Both the position numbers and the translations under genes were made by a program. Under the pieces are notes generated by a model. That model was given only the letters and a program-made list of their open reading frames with translations. It was not told the DNA's origin and did no database searches. A stretch of DNA of 64,000 nt, from NCBI GenBank assembly GCA_964600165.1, contig CAZRIP010000002.1:16400-80399 (forward strand). The letters are read 5' to 3'. This DNA is from an uncultured Elusimicrobia bacterium (GTDB taxonomy: Bacteria; Elusimicrobiota; Elusimicrobia; UBA1565; UBA9628). Every line of letters begins with the position of its first letter. The first letter of the stretch is position 1. Below are positions 55,638 to 64,000 of this stretch, one piece after another.

Positions 55638-58379
55638 ATGAAAAAGCGGACTCGACGCGGCATTCCCGCCGGCCTTGCGCTGCTCTCGGATGAAAGTCTG
55701 AGCGCTTTCTTCAGCTCCGCCGGAGTCTCTCTCGTCGAGCTGATGATCGCAGTCGCCATCCTGGCGGGCTCGGTCGTCGCGCTGATCGGCAGCTTCGCCT
55801 TGATCCAGAAGGGGATTCAGGCCGCGAAATCCAAGACGTTCGCCACCAACTTGGCGCAGGAGCAGCTCCAAATCCTGAGTCAAATGGACTACTATCAGGT
55901 CCTCGTGACCTCCGCGCCGGCGTCCTTGAACTCGTTCTCGCCGTCGATCCCGTACGATCCGAACAACTTCCCGCCGACGACGATCTTGGAGGGCGGCGTT
56001 TCGTTCCAGCGCTACACGTACGTGCAGGTCGCCCAGGAGGTCGCCGGCGTCCTGCAGACGCTCGCGCCCCAGACCCCGGACACCGGCCTGCGTTTGGTCT
56101 CCGTCACCGTGACGTGGGTCCAGAACGGCACGCCCAAATTCGCCACGGTCAACACGGTGCTGGCCAACCCCAACTCGGTGATGGCGGACTCCATCATCAG
56201 CGGGGTGGTCACCGATTTTACGACGAGCCTGCCGATCTCGAAGGCCGTCGTCACGATCGCGGAGAACCTCGGGTGGCGCACGACGACGGGCGCCTCCGGC
56301 AGCTATTCGTTCGACCTGGTGCCCGGCAGCTTCGAGATGATGATCTCCGCGCCCGGCTACTTCACGAAGTTCGTGCCGGTCGGCGCGCAGGCCAACACGC
56401 CTCAGACTCAGAACGTCACGCTCGTCGAGATGAGCTCGGGTTCGGTGACCGGCAACGCCTGGGTCAGCCCGGACTTGGTGATCAGCCAGGTCGTCTCGTC
56501 GACCAGGCAGTCGAGCGGCTTCGACGTCGAATACATCGAGCTGTTCAACCCGACGTGGTCGACGGTCACGATCTCCGGGTCCTACAACCTCAACATCGTC
56601 TCCGACAGCGGCCTCAAGTGCACGAACATCCCGCTGACTTTCAACAACACGGCCGTCGACCCGCAGCACTACTTCTTGATCGCGAACACGACGACCTTCA
56701 CCGTCAACGGCTCGAGCTACAATCAGACGGGCACCCCGGCGGAGGTGGACGCCTACTACACGCCGGCGATGCCGATCGGCTCCGTATGCAACGGCGCGCC
56801 CGTCGGCTGGACTCCGACCTCGTCGCTCGACATCCTGCAGCGCAACCAGGCCAACGCCGTTTACTTGACCAACAGCGCCGGCAACATCGTCGACGCCGTC
56901 GGTTGGACGAACGGCGGGACGAGCCCGGGCAACTGCTTCGGCACCTGCATCCCTCAGGCGGCCGGCGGCCTGCCGCAGGGCGACCAGATCGTGCGCGTCT
57001 CGAGCCCGGCGCTCGCGAGCTCGCAATACGGCCGCGCCTACAACTCTTTCAACAACGAGAACGACTTCGCCTACCCCAACAACACCTTCGCCCCGTCGGG
57101 TACCTATCCCAACCTGACGGCGACCAACATCCAATTCTCGCCTTTCAGCTCCAATCAGCTCGCGGCTTTCGACTCCTCCGGAAACTTGGCTCCGTCCGGC
57201 TTGAGCCAACTCGGCAACTACACGATCACGGGCCGGCCTGCGATCGGCGGCGTCATCACTTCCAACGACGGCATCTCCAGCGGCGACAGGATCTTCAGCC
57301 AAGGGAGCTCGCCGCCGGGCCCGGTCGGGGAGTTCGCGCTGACCCCCGTCGCGACGGGCACCTGGATCGTGCTCATCACGAGCGGCACTTACACGATGGA
57401 GTGGGACACGACGACGGTCCCGAGCAAATCCTCCGTTTACACTTTCCCCAGCACCACGACGATCCTCAACCAGGCCGCCAATCATGGCTTCATCACGGGC
57501 ACGGTGGTGGACGCGTACGGCAATCCGATCTCTCCGGCGATCACCGTCAGCCCGGGCAACGCGGGCAGCAACGCGACCGCCAACACGTCCACCGGTCGCT
57601 ACACGCTGCGCGTCTCGAGCGGCGCGGTCGACGTGACGGCCAATCCGCAGCCGGGCGGCAACACGAGCTACGTCGCGATGACGTCGGCCGCCGTGTCGGT
57701 CGCCTTGGGCGACATCAGCTCCGACGTCAACTTCGTGCTGTCGCAAGGAGGACAGATCTCGGGCTGCGTCACGCGCGACGGGACCAACGCCATCCCGGGC
57801 ATCGCCGTCGCGTTCTTGGACTCCAACGGCGTGTCGCACGACCAGGAGGTCACGAACAGCCAGCTCACCTGCGCCGCCGGCCCCAACTTCACGTCGATCA
57901 TCATGTCGACGGACACCTACTCCGTGGAGCCCGCCCTGCCGAGCTTGGAGTCCTCGAATCCTTCCTCCGCGACGGTCGTGATGGTCGCCGGCCAGACGAT
58001 CTTTTCGACGACGTTCACGATCACCAACGCCCTGGCCACGGTCACGGGCAAGGTCACCTTCCAGGGCACCCCCATCACGACGGGAGTGCTCATCGTGTTG
58101 ACGACGGGCACGCTTTCCGGCACGGGCGCGTGCTCGGGAACCTGCGCCTCGCCGCCGACGTTGAGCTCGTCCTCGCTGAGCGCGTCGGCGTATTACGCCG
58201 GCTCGAGCCTCGAGACAGGCAGCTACAACCTGTCGGTGCGGGCCGCCTCGTACAACATCTACGGCTATTACACGACGGTCGACGGCAAGGGGAACGTGAT
58301 CACGCGCATCGGCAAGAGCGGCGTCGACGCGAGCACCTGGGCCGGGCGGACGGTGATCGCCCCGATATTGGCATGGTGA
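55638..58379 (+). CDS. Giant PilV-like prepilin with carboxypeptidase-regulatory-like repeats and a lamin-tail-like domain
   Basis: Class III signal G|VSLVELMIAVAIL, ATNLAQEQL, ISGVVTD...PISKAVV...GSY...PG....ISAPGY, LVISQV...EYIELFNPT...YFLIA...IVDAVGW. Confidence 0.8.
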   Translation: MKKRTRRGIPAGLALLSDESLSAFFSSAGVSLVELMIAVAILAGSVVALIGSFALIQKGIQAAKSKTFATNLAQEQLQILSQMDYYQVLVTSAPASLNSFSPSIPYDPNNFPPTTILEGGVSFQRYTYVQVAQEVAGVLQTLAPQTPDTGLRLVSVTVTWVQNGTPKFATVNTVLANPNSVMADSIISGVVTDFTTSLPISKAVVTIAENLGWRTTTGASGSYSFDLVPGSFEMMISAPGYFTKFVPVGAQANTPQTQNVTLVEMSSGSVTGNAWVSPDLVISQVVSSTRQSSGFDVEYIELFNPTWSTVTISGSYNLNIVSDSGLKCTNIPLTFNNTAVDPQHYFLIANTTTFTVNGSSYNQTGTPAEVDAYYTPAMPIGSVCNGAPVGWTPTSSLDILQRNQANAVYLTNSAGNIVDAVGWTNGGTSPGNCFGTCIPQAAGGLPQGDQIVRVSSPALASSQYGRAYNSFNNENDFAYPNNTFAPSGTYPNLTATNIQFSPFSSNQLAAFDSSGNLAPSGLSQLGNYTITGRPAIGGVITSNDGISSGDRIFSQGSSPPGPVGEFALTPVATGTWIVLITSGTYTMEWDTTTVPSKSSVYTFPSTTTILNQAANHGFITGTVVDAYGNPISPAITVSPGNAGSNATANTSTGRYTLRVSSGAVDVTANPQPGGNTSYVAMTSAAVSVALGDISSDVNFVLSQGGQISGCVTRDGTNAIPGIAVAFLDSNGVSHDQEVTNSQLTCAAGPNFTSIIMSTDTYSVEPALPSLESSNPSSATVVMVAGQTIFSTTFTITNALATVTGKVTFQGTPITTGVLIVLTTGTLSGTGACSGTCASPPTLSSSSLSASAYYAGSSLETGSYNLSVRAASYNIYGYYTTVDGKGNVITRIGKSGVDASTWAGRTVIAPILAW

Positions 58380-58876
58380 TCCGCTCGAGACGCAGCCGCG
58401 GCTTCACGCTGGTGGAGGCCATGATGGTCGTGGCCATCCTCGGCATCGTCTCGAGCATCGGAGCCTCGATCATGATCCAGGCCCAAAGGTACTTCATCTA
58501 CGCGAAGACGCGCACGGACCTTCAGCGCGAGGCGCGCGCGATCATGTACGTCATGACCCGCGAGGTCCGCCAAGCGCAGAGCCTCTCGATCGTCATCTCG
58601 CAGAGCAGCGTCAACTCGCCTCCGATGTCGAAGATCACGTTCACCAAGGAGCAGGGCAAGTCGATGTCTTTCTATCAGACCGGCAACCAGCTCGTCCAGC
58701 TCGCCGGGAACGACAAGACGATTCTGACCACGCATTTGGCTTATCTGGCGTTCACGTTTCCGCGCTCCGACGACATGACGATCATCTCGGTCGACGTCAC
58801 GCTCCAAGAGAGCATCTACGGAAGCAAGCAGAAGACGCTGCACATGGCCTCTCAGAAAGTGCAGGTGATGGACTGA
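58373..58876 (+). CDS. Type IV pilin-like protein (PilW/GspJ-like)
   Basis: C-terminal 167 aa of ORF 56114..58876: RG|FTLVEAMMVVAILGIV, LQREARAIM..MTREVRQA. Confidence 0.88.
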   Translation: MVIRSRRSRGFTLVEAMMVVAILGIVSSIGASIMIQAQRYFIYAKTRTDLQREARAIMYVMTREVRQAQSLSIVISQSSVNSPPMSKITFTKEQGKSMSFYQTGNQLVQLAGNDKTILTTHLAYLAFTFPRSDDMTIISVDVTLQESIYGSKQKTLHMASQKVQVMD

Positions 58877-60246
58877 TGAAGAAGCGATCCCCCGGTCAGG
58901 TCCTGGTCGGCGTCGTGCTTCTGCTGCTGGTCCTTTTGATCATGGTCCCGGCGATGGTGTCTTGGGTGCAGATGGAGGCCAGGACGGGAGTCAAGAACAA
59001 GAAGTCGACGATCGCCTTCAATCTCGCCGAGGCCGGCGTCGAGCGCGGGATGTGGAAGCTCAAGAGCTCGACGAGCACGTGGGCGCAGGCCTCGGCCGGC
59101 ACTCCGATCTCGGGCTACCACTTCGACACGACCTACACCGACGTCGCGGGAGGCACTTATCGCATCTCCTTCAGCTCGGGCGTCACGGACGGCAACTCGA
59201 CCGTGCTGGTCTGGGCCGAGGGGCGCGACGACCAGAAAAAGGAGACGCGCTCCATTCAGGCGGTCTTCGAGAACGAGACGATCCCGGGAGCCATCATCTC
59301 CGGAGGAACTCTCAAGCAGGCCGGCACCGCGATCGTCCACTGGGGCCCGGTCATGGCGCAGAACACGATCACGGTGTCGGGGAACAGCCTGACCTCGCAC
59401 TACCCGCGCAAGCTGTCGAAGCAGGCCGTGGTGTCGAGCCCCGCCGGGCAGTACGACACGACATGGCCGTTCCCGCCGAACACCGACAACGTCGAGTGGT
59501 GGGCGGCCTACGACGTCCCCGAGCTGCCCGACTTCGACTTCGCCGCGCTGCGGTCGTCGGCCGCGGCCACGATGTATCTCGGGGTCGCGCACAACACCGT
59601 CAACTGCAACGGCACCATCGGCGAGTACGCCAACCAGGAGAAAGTCAACGGCATCATGACCTGCAGCAGCGCCTCGCCGTCCTGGTGCACGAACTGCGTG
59701 GCCAAGAACCTGTATTCGGACAACCGCTACAACGACAACGACGTCTGGTATTGGGACACCAACGCCATCATCAATCAGCCGGGCGTCAACGGCACCGTGA
59801 TCGTGCGCGGCAACCTGCTGGTCAACGGCGAGGACTTTTACGGCCACGACGGGCCCAACCACAATCCGCTCAACATGCACGTCCCGGTCAACGCTTGGAT
59901 GGAGTACCAGCACTCGACCTTGGCGGGCAACCACGAGCCGGCGCTGACGGCCGGGGCGACGTCGAACAACAGCACCTACATCCTCGGCAACTGCGGCGAC
60001 ACCTGCGAAGGCAGCGCCAGCGGCTGCGACGTCGCCTTCATGGGCTTCGTCTACGTCGGCGGCGACGTCAACATGCAGGGCGCCGGCGACGTCTACGGCG
60101 CCGTCTGGGTCGTCGGCAACTGGTACGCCTCAGGCAACAACCTGGTCTTCTACAACAACAACTTGAACGGCCTGCCCACGCTCAACGTCGTGCTGGTGCG
60201 CACGTCTTGGCAAGAGGTCGGGCCGAACGCGGCGCCCTGGCACTAG
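58876..60246 (+). CDS. PilX-like minor pilin
   Basis: G|QVLVGVVLLLLVLLI hydrophobic helix without E5, AFNLAEAGVERG (PilX_N pattern), Cys/Asn-rich beta C-terminus. Confidence 0.78.
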   Translation: MKKRSPGQVLVGVVLLLLVLLIMVPAMVSWVQMEARTGVKNKKSTIAFNLAEAGVERGMWKLKSSTSTWAQASAGTPISGYHFDTTYTDVAGGTYRISFSSGVTDGNSTVLVWAEGRDDQKKETRSIQAVFENETIPGAIISGGTLKQAGTAIVHWGPVMAQNTITVSGNSLTSHYPRKLSKQAVVSSPAGQYDTTWPFPPNTDNVEWWAAYDVPELPDFDFAALRSSAAATMYLGVAHNTVNCNGTIGEYANQEKVNGIMTCSSASPSWCTNCVAKNLYSDNRYNDNDVWYWDTNAIINQPGVNGTVIVRGNLLVNGEDFYGHDGPNHNPLNMHVPVNAWMEYQHSTLAGNHEPALTAGATSNNSTYILGNCGDTCEGSASGCDVAFMGFVYVGGDVNMQGAGDVYGAVWVVGNWYASGNNLVFYNNNLNGLPTLNVVLVRTSWQEVGPNAAPWH

Positions 60247-60258
60247 GCTAGGCGCCTT

Positions 60259-61689
60259 TCAGCGCGCCGCGCCGCGCCGGACCCAGACGACGGCGCGCTC
60301 GTCCTCGTAGGCGCGGTCCCAATCGGCGGGCGGCATGTACGCGAGGTCGATCGCCGCGCCCGTGTTCTCCTGGACGACGAGCCCGATGTCCTTTTCTATG
60401 ACGAAGGCCTTCCAGCTTTCCGGCGACGACAAGGCGCGGGCGATCTGGGGCAGCTCGTCGTCGAAGACGTAGCGCCCGTCCGCGAAGACCGCGTAGCCGG
60501 GGTAGAGCGCGTAGCCGAGGTAGCCGCCGAGGTTCCACGAGTTGTAAAGCTTGAGCCCGGCCAAGCGCGGCGCGTTCGTCTTTAGATAGGCGCAGGCGCC
60601 CGCCGGGACGCGCCGGCTCGTCTGGTCGAGCCGCTCGAAGAGGTGCTGGCGCCCGAGCGTCTGACGGCCGCTCGCGGCGACGGCGACGACCCCGAAGGCG
60701 AGCGCGTAGGCACGGGCGTCCTTCCACCAGCGCGGCGGCTCGAGCAGGGAGAGCGCGCGCAGCGCGAGGGGGAAGCACAGCAGCGCGTAGTAGGCGGTGT
60801 GGCGCAGCGAGCGCGCGGCGAGCGCGCTGACGGCCAGCACGACGAACCAGTGGGCGTAAGGCAGCCGGCGGCTCGTCGCCGCGCAGGCCAGCAGCGCGCC
60901 GCTCGAGGAAAAGAACAGCAGCCAGTACATGCGCGCGTACGGGTCGCCGAGCGCGGGCGGCCGCCATTGCAGCGCGTAGGCGCGCAGGACGTCCATGCGC
61001 CTCCAATGATCGGCGAAGACGCCGACGATCGTGAGCCCGTAAGGCGTGGCGAAGGAGCCCGCGAGCGCGGCGGCGCCGACGATCAGCCAGTCGCGGACGC
61101 CGCGGCCGTCGACGGCCTCGCCGGCGGCGTAAAGAAGGCACAGCGCCAGACCGAGGGGATAGCCCGCGTGCAGGTTGGCCCACGCCGCGTAGGCCGCCGC
61201 GTGCAGCGCGGCGAGGGGGGCGAGCCCGAGCTTGAGTTTTCCCATCCTGCGCGCCTCGAGCGCGTAGAGCTCCAGCAGGCAGAAAGCGTAAGACGCGATC
61301 TCCGGCCGCGCGTCGAGCAGCTGCCCGAACGATAGGATGAACGGCGGCAGGGCCAGCCCGATCCAGGCGTCCGGAAGCCGCCAGAGCCGCAGCAGCGCGG
61401 CGAACGCGAGCAGCAGCGCGGCGAAGGCCGCCGCCTTGAACGCCCACAGCGCCGTCATGCCGCCGCAGCGCGCGAGGACGGCGTAGAGGAGTTGCGTCGC
61501 CCACTCGAAGTCGACCCACGGCCGTCCGCGATGGGTCCACGAGAGGAAGTCGGCCGTCGGCACGGCGCCGTGCGCGTGCATCCAGCGCGCGGCGGACAGA
61601 TGGAAGTAGACGTCCATGTTCGCGACCGGCGTCAGGCAGGCGACCAGGGCGGCGAGAAAGCCGAAGGCGAGGACGGCGCGGCCGCTCAT
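60259..61689 (-). CDS. Multi-pass membrane GT-C-like protein (paralog 1)
   Basis: DVYFHLSAARW...VPTADFLSW..G.PWVDFEW..Q, RPEIAS, WANLHAGY, WN.GGYL, VFADGRY. Confidence 0.7.
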   Translation of the reverse strand: MSGRAVLAFGFLAALVACLTPVANMDVYFHLSAARWMHAHGAVPTADFLSWTHRGRPWVDFEWATQLLYAVLARCGGMTALWAFKAAAFAALLLAFAALLRLWRLPDAWIGLALPPFILSFGQLLDARPEIASYAFCLLELYALEARRMGKLKLGLAPLAALHAAAYAAWANLHAGYPLGLALCLLYAAGEAVDGRGVRDWLIVGAAALAGSFATPYGLTIVGVFADHWRRMDVLRAYALQWRPPALGDPYARMYWLLFFSSSGALLACAATSRRLPYAHWFVVLAVSALAARSLRHTAYYALLCFPLALRALSLLEPPRWWKDARAYALAFGVVAVAASGRQTLGRQHLFERLDQTSRRVPAGACAYLKTNAPRLAGLKLYNSWNLGGYLGYALYPGYAVFADGRYVFDDELPQIARALSSPESWKAFVIEKDIGLVVQENTGAAIDLAYMPPADWDRAYEDERAVVWVRRGAAR

Positions 61690-63326
61690 CGACGGACCTC
61701 GCCGAGCCAGCGCTCGAGCTGGGCGCTTTGCCCGGGATCGCCGATCTCGCGCTCGTAGCGCCGGATCTCGGGCAGGACCTTCGCCAACGCGAGCTTGCCG
61801 CCGGCGACGCTCGCTGCGAGGAACGGAAGGTCGCCCGGATGGAGGTAGCGGTACTCGCGCCGGGCGAGCCAAGCCCGGTCGACGGCTGCGCGCCGGACCC
61901 AAACGGCGACGCGGCTGTCCCAATAGACGAGGGCCCACTCCGCGGGTGGAAGGTAAAAAAGATCCAGAGGCCGCGGCGGCCCGAGCGGCGCGGCCGGGTC
62001 CCGGGCCGACAGCCGCACAAGGTCGCTGACGACGAGCCCGACGCGCTGGTCGTCCATGAACCTTCTCCAGGATTCCGGAGAGGCCGAGGCTTCCTTGACG
62101 ATCGGGAAATACCGCAGCGACAGGTAGCGGCCGTCCATGAACACCTTGTACGCGGGATCGAGCTCGAAGCCGAGATAGCTGCCCGCGTCCCAGGAGCAAT
62201 ACATCGAAAGCCGGGAGAGGACGTCTTTGTCGCGGTTCAAAAATGAGGCCGCGCCGGCCAGGCCGCGGCCGGGCCGCTCGTCGATTCCCTCGAAGAGGCC
62301 TTGCTTGGCGAGGACGTGGACGCCGAGGACGCCGAGCCAGGCGGCGGCGACGGCCGCCAGCCACGGCCGCAGGGAGGACCACCCCGCGGGCGGCTCGAGA
62401 GCGCCCGCCGCGCCGGAGGCGAGCGGAAAGGCGGCGACGGCGAAATAAGGGACGAACCGGCGAGACGCGAGCGACGACGCGGCCAGCGCGGCGACGACGA
62501 GGAGATGCGGGATGGGGAGCCGGCGCGGGCGGCGCAGACTCGCCAGCGCGGCGGCGAGCGAGAAGACGAGCAGGGCGAGGTAAGAACGGTTGAACATGTC
62601 CGACAAATCCGGCGAGCCCCACCACGTGCGCTCGTAGTCCCTGAGCACCGCGAGCCGGCTCCCATGAGCGAAGAACAGCGCGTAGAGCGCCGGGCCGTAG
62701 GGATTGGCGAAGGTCCCGAGCAGGCCGGCCGCCGCCCAGTCCCAGGCGCCGTAGCACAGGCACAAAGCCAGGCCCAGCGGGAACGCCGGATGCGAATTGG
62801 CCCAGAAGGCGTAGGCGAGGGCGTGCGCCGCCAGCGACGCGCGCCGTCCCAGTCGAGAGACGCCCAGACGCCGGTCCTCGAGGGCGTGGAGCTGCAGCAA
62901 GCAGAAGACGAACGAGGCGATCTCGGGCCGAGCCGAAGCAAAAGGCGAGAGCGTGAGCGCCGCCGCCGGGAGCGCGAGACCGATCCAGGCGTCGGGCACG
63001 CCGCGGCGCCGAAGCAGCGCGGCCAGAAGGAACAGCGCGGCGACGAAGACCGCCGCCTTGAGCAGCCACAGCGCGGCGAGTCCGCCAAGAAGATACAGCC
63101 CGTAGAAAACGAGCTGCGGGATCCACTCGAAGTCGATCCACGGCCGGCCCTGCTGGGTCCACGTGAGAAAATCGGTCGTCGGGACGCGCGCGTGCCGGAC
63201 GATGAACCGGCCCGCGGAGAGGTGCCACGAGAGATCGACCTCGCGGATCGGCGTCAGCGCCGGCAGGCAGGCCGCGAGAAATCCGGCGGCCAAGAGCCAG
63301 CGGCCGGCGCGCGCCCGCCGCGTCAT
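61686..63326 (-). CDS. Multi-pass membrane GT-C-like protein (paralog 2)
   Basis: DLSWHLSAGRF...VPTTDFLTW..G.PWIDFEW..Q, RPEIAS, WANSHPAF, WDAGSYL, VFMDGRY. Confidence 0.7.
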   Translation of the reverse strand: MTRRARAGRWLLAAGFLAACLPALTPIREVDLSWHLSAGRFIVRHARVPTTDFLTWTQQGRPWIDFEWIPQLVFYGLYLLGGLAALWLLKAAVFVAALFLLAALLRRRGVPDAWIGLALPAAALTLSPFASARPEIASFVFCLLQLHALEDRRLGVSRLGRRASLAAHALAYAFWANSHPAFPLGLALCLCYGAWDWAAAGLLGTFANPYGPALYALFFAHGSRLAVLRDYERTWWGSPDLSDMFNRSYLALLVFSLAAALASLRRPRRLPIPHLLVVAALAASSLASRRFVPYFAVAAFPLASGAAGALEPPAGWSSLRPWLAAVAAAWLGVLGVHVLAKQGLFEGIDERPGRGLAGAASFLNRDKDVLSRLSMYCSWDAGSYLGFELDPAYKVFMDGRYLSLRYFPIVKEASASPESWRRFMDDQRVGLVVSDLVRLSARDPAAPLGPPRPLDLFYLPPAEWALVYWDSRVAVWVRRAAVDRAWLARREYRYLHPGDLPFLAASVAGGKLALAKVLPEIRRYEREIGDPGQSAQLERWLGEVRR

Positions 63327-64000
63327 CGGGTCTCTCCGTCCAGCGTGCGCGCCCAGCGGGCCAGGCGCTCGGCCTCGGCGGGCTCGCCGTCCTCGCGGAC
63401 GTAGCGGTCGACCTCGGCGAGCACGGCGCTCCTTACGGGGGCGCCCCGGCTGATGACGTCCAAGCTCAGGAATCGGAGGTCGCGCGGATGCAAGAGGCGG
63501 AACTCGCGGCGCGCGAGCCAGCCGGCGGGGACGGCCGCGCGGCGCGCCCAGACGCCGTAGCGCCCGTCCCAGTCGACGAGCGCCCAGTCCTCGCGCGGGA
63601 AGTAGTAGAGGTCGACGGGCCGGCCGCCGGCGAGGACGGCCGGCAGCTCCATGACGGCGAGGGCGATGCCGCGCTCGGACAGGAACCGCCCCCACGAGTC
63701 CGGCGACGCGAGAGCCTGCTCGGCGACGAGCTTGAGGTCGCCGCCGAAGAGATACCGGCCGTCCATGAAGACCTTGTAATCCGGATACAGCGCGTAGCCG
63801 AGGTAGCCGCCTGCGTTGAACGAGTTGTACATCCTCAAGCGGGATAAGACCGGGGCTTCGCGCGCGAGGAAGCGGGCCACGCCCTTCGGAGCGAGGCGGC
63901 CCGTCGAGTCGAGCCGCCGGAACAGGCCGTCGCGCCAAAGCGCGGCCGCGCCGAGCGCGGCGACGCCGGCGAGCGCGGCGCCGAGCAGCCACCGCCGCGG
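63323..64000 (-). CDS. Multi-pass membrane GT-C-like protein (paralog 3), 5'-truncated by the window edge
   Basis: YNSFNAGGYLGY.LYPDYKVFMDGRY, WALVDWD...VW.RR, shared with paralogs 1 and 2. The frame is open to position 64000. Confidence 0.7.
   Translation of the reverse strand, partial: PRRWLLGAALAGVAALGAAALWRDGLFRRLDSTGRLAPKGVARFLAREAPVLSRLRMYNSFNAGGYLGYALYPDYKVFMDGRYLFGGDLKLVAEQALASPDSWGRFLSERGIALAVMELPAVLAGGRPVDLYYFPREDWALVDWDGRYGVWARRAAVPAGWLARREFRLLHPRDLRFLSLDVISRGAPVRSAVLAEVDRYVREDGEPAEAERLARWARTLDGETR

Noticed and set aside
2874-63992. Many long alternative-frame ORFs (e.g. 2874..5093 -, 11796..13487 +, 17858..19675 +, 28354..30204 -, 47127..49628 +, 55614..57839 -)
   Set aside because: These are Arg/Ala/Gly/Pro-rich shadow ORFs overlapping well-supported genes, as expected in high-GC DNA. 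No family motifs.

Overview
A GC-rich bacterial chromosomal segment with densely packed genes. The gene style resembles Elusimicrobiota, but that is an unverified inference. No CRISPR array, integrase or transposase was seen. Left part (1-25 kb): an amidinotransferase-family enzyme, several secreted hypotheticals, a xylose-type ABC transporter (xylFGH), tRNA-Leu(TAA), psd-pssA, an MdtABC-type RND pump with its outer-membrane factor, a tandem pair of paralogous secreted proteins with glycine-zipper-like C-termini, an LssY_C protein, metG and holB. Between holB and tmk (25.3-32.5 kb) is an opposite-strand amino-sugar/glycan cassette whose first gene is a glutamine-synthetase homolog lacking most catalytic residues. 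From 33.6 to 55.5 kb is a large glycan-modification region (GT2, GT4 and GT-C enzymes, aminotransferase, deacetylase, methyltransferase, 2OG-Fe(II) oxygenase, two radical SAMs, nucleotidyltransferase). It contains a compact unit with its own -10 box: PqqD/RRE, B12-radical SAM and an unannotated 38-aa peptide with a YxxPxLxxxG motif, a candidate undescribed RiPP or peptide-derived small-molecule system. It also contains an apparently circularly permuted GT4. The right end has a minor-pilin cluster with a 913-aa pilin-like protein and three tandem GT-C-like paralogs. Many genes have a -10 hexamer only 6-12 nt before the start codon, suggesting widespread leaderless or short-leader transcription.
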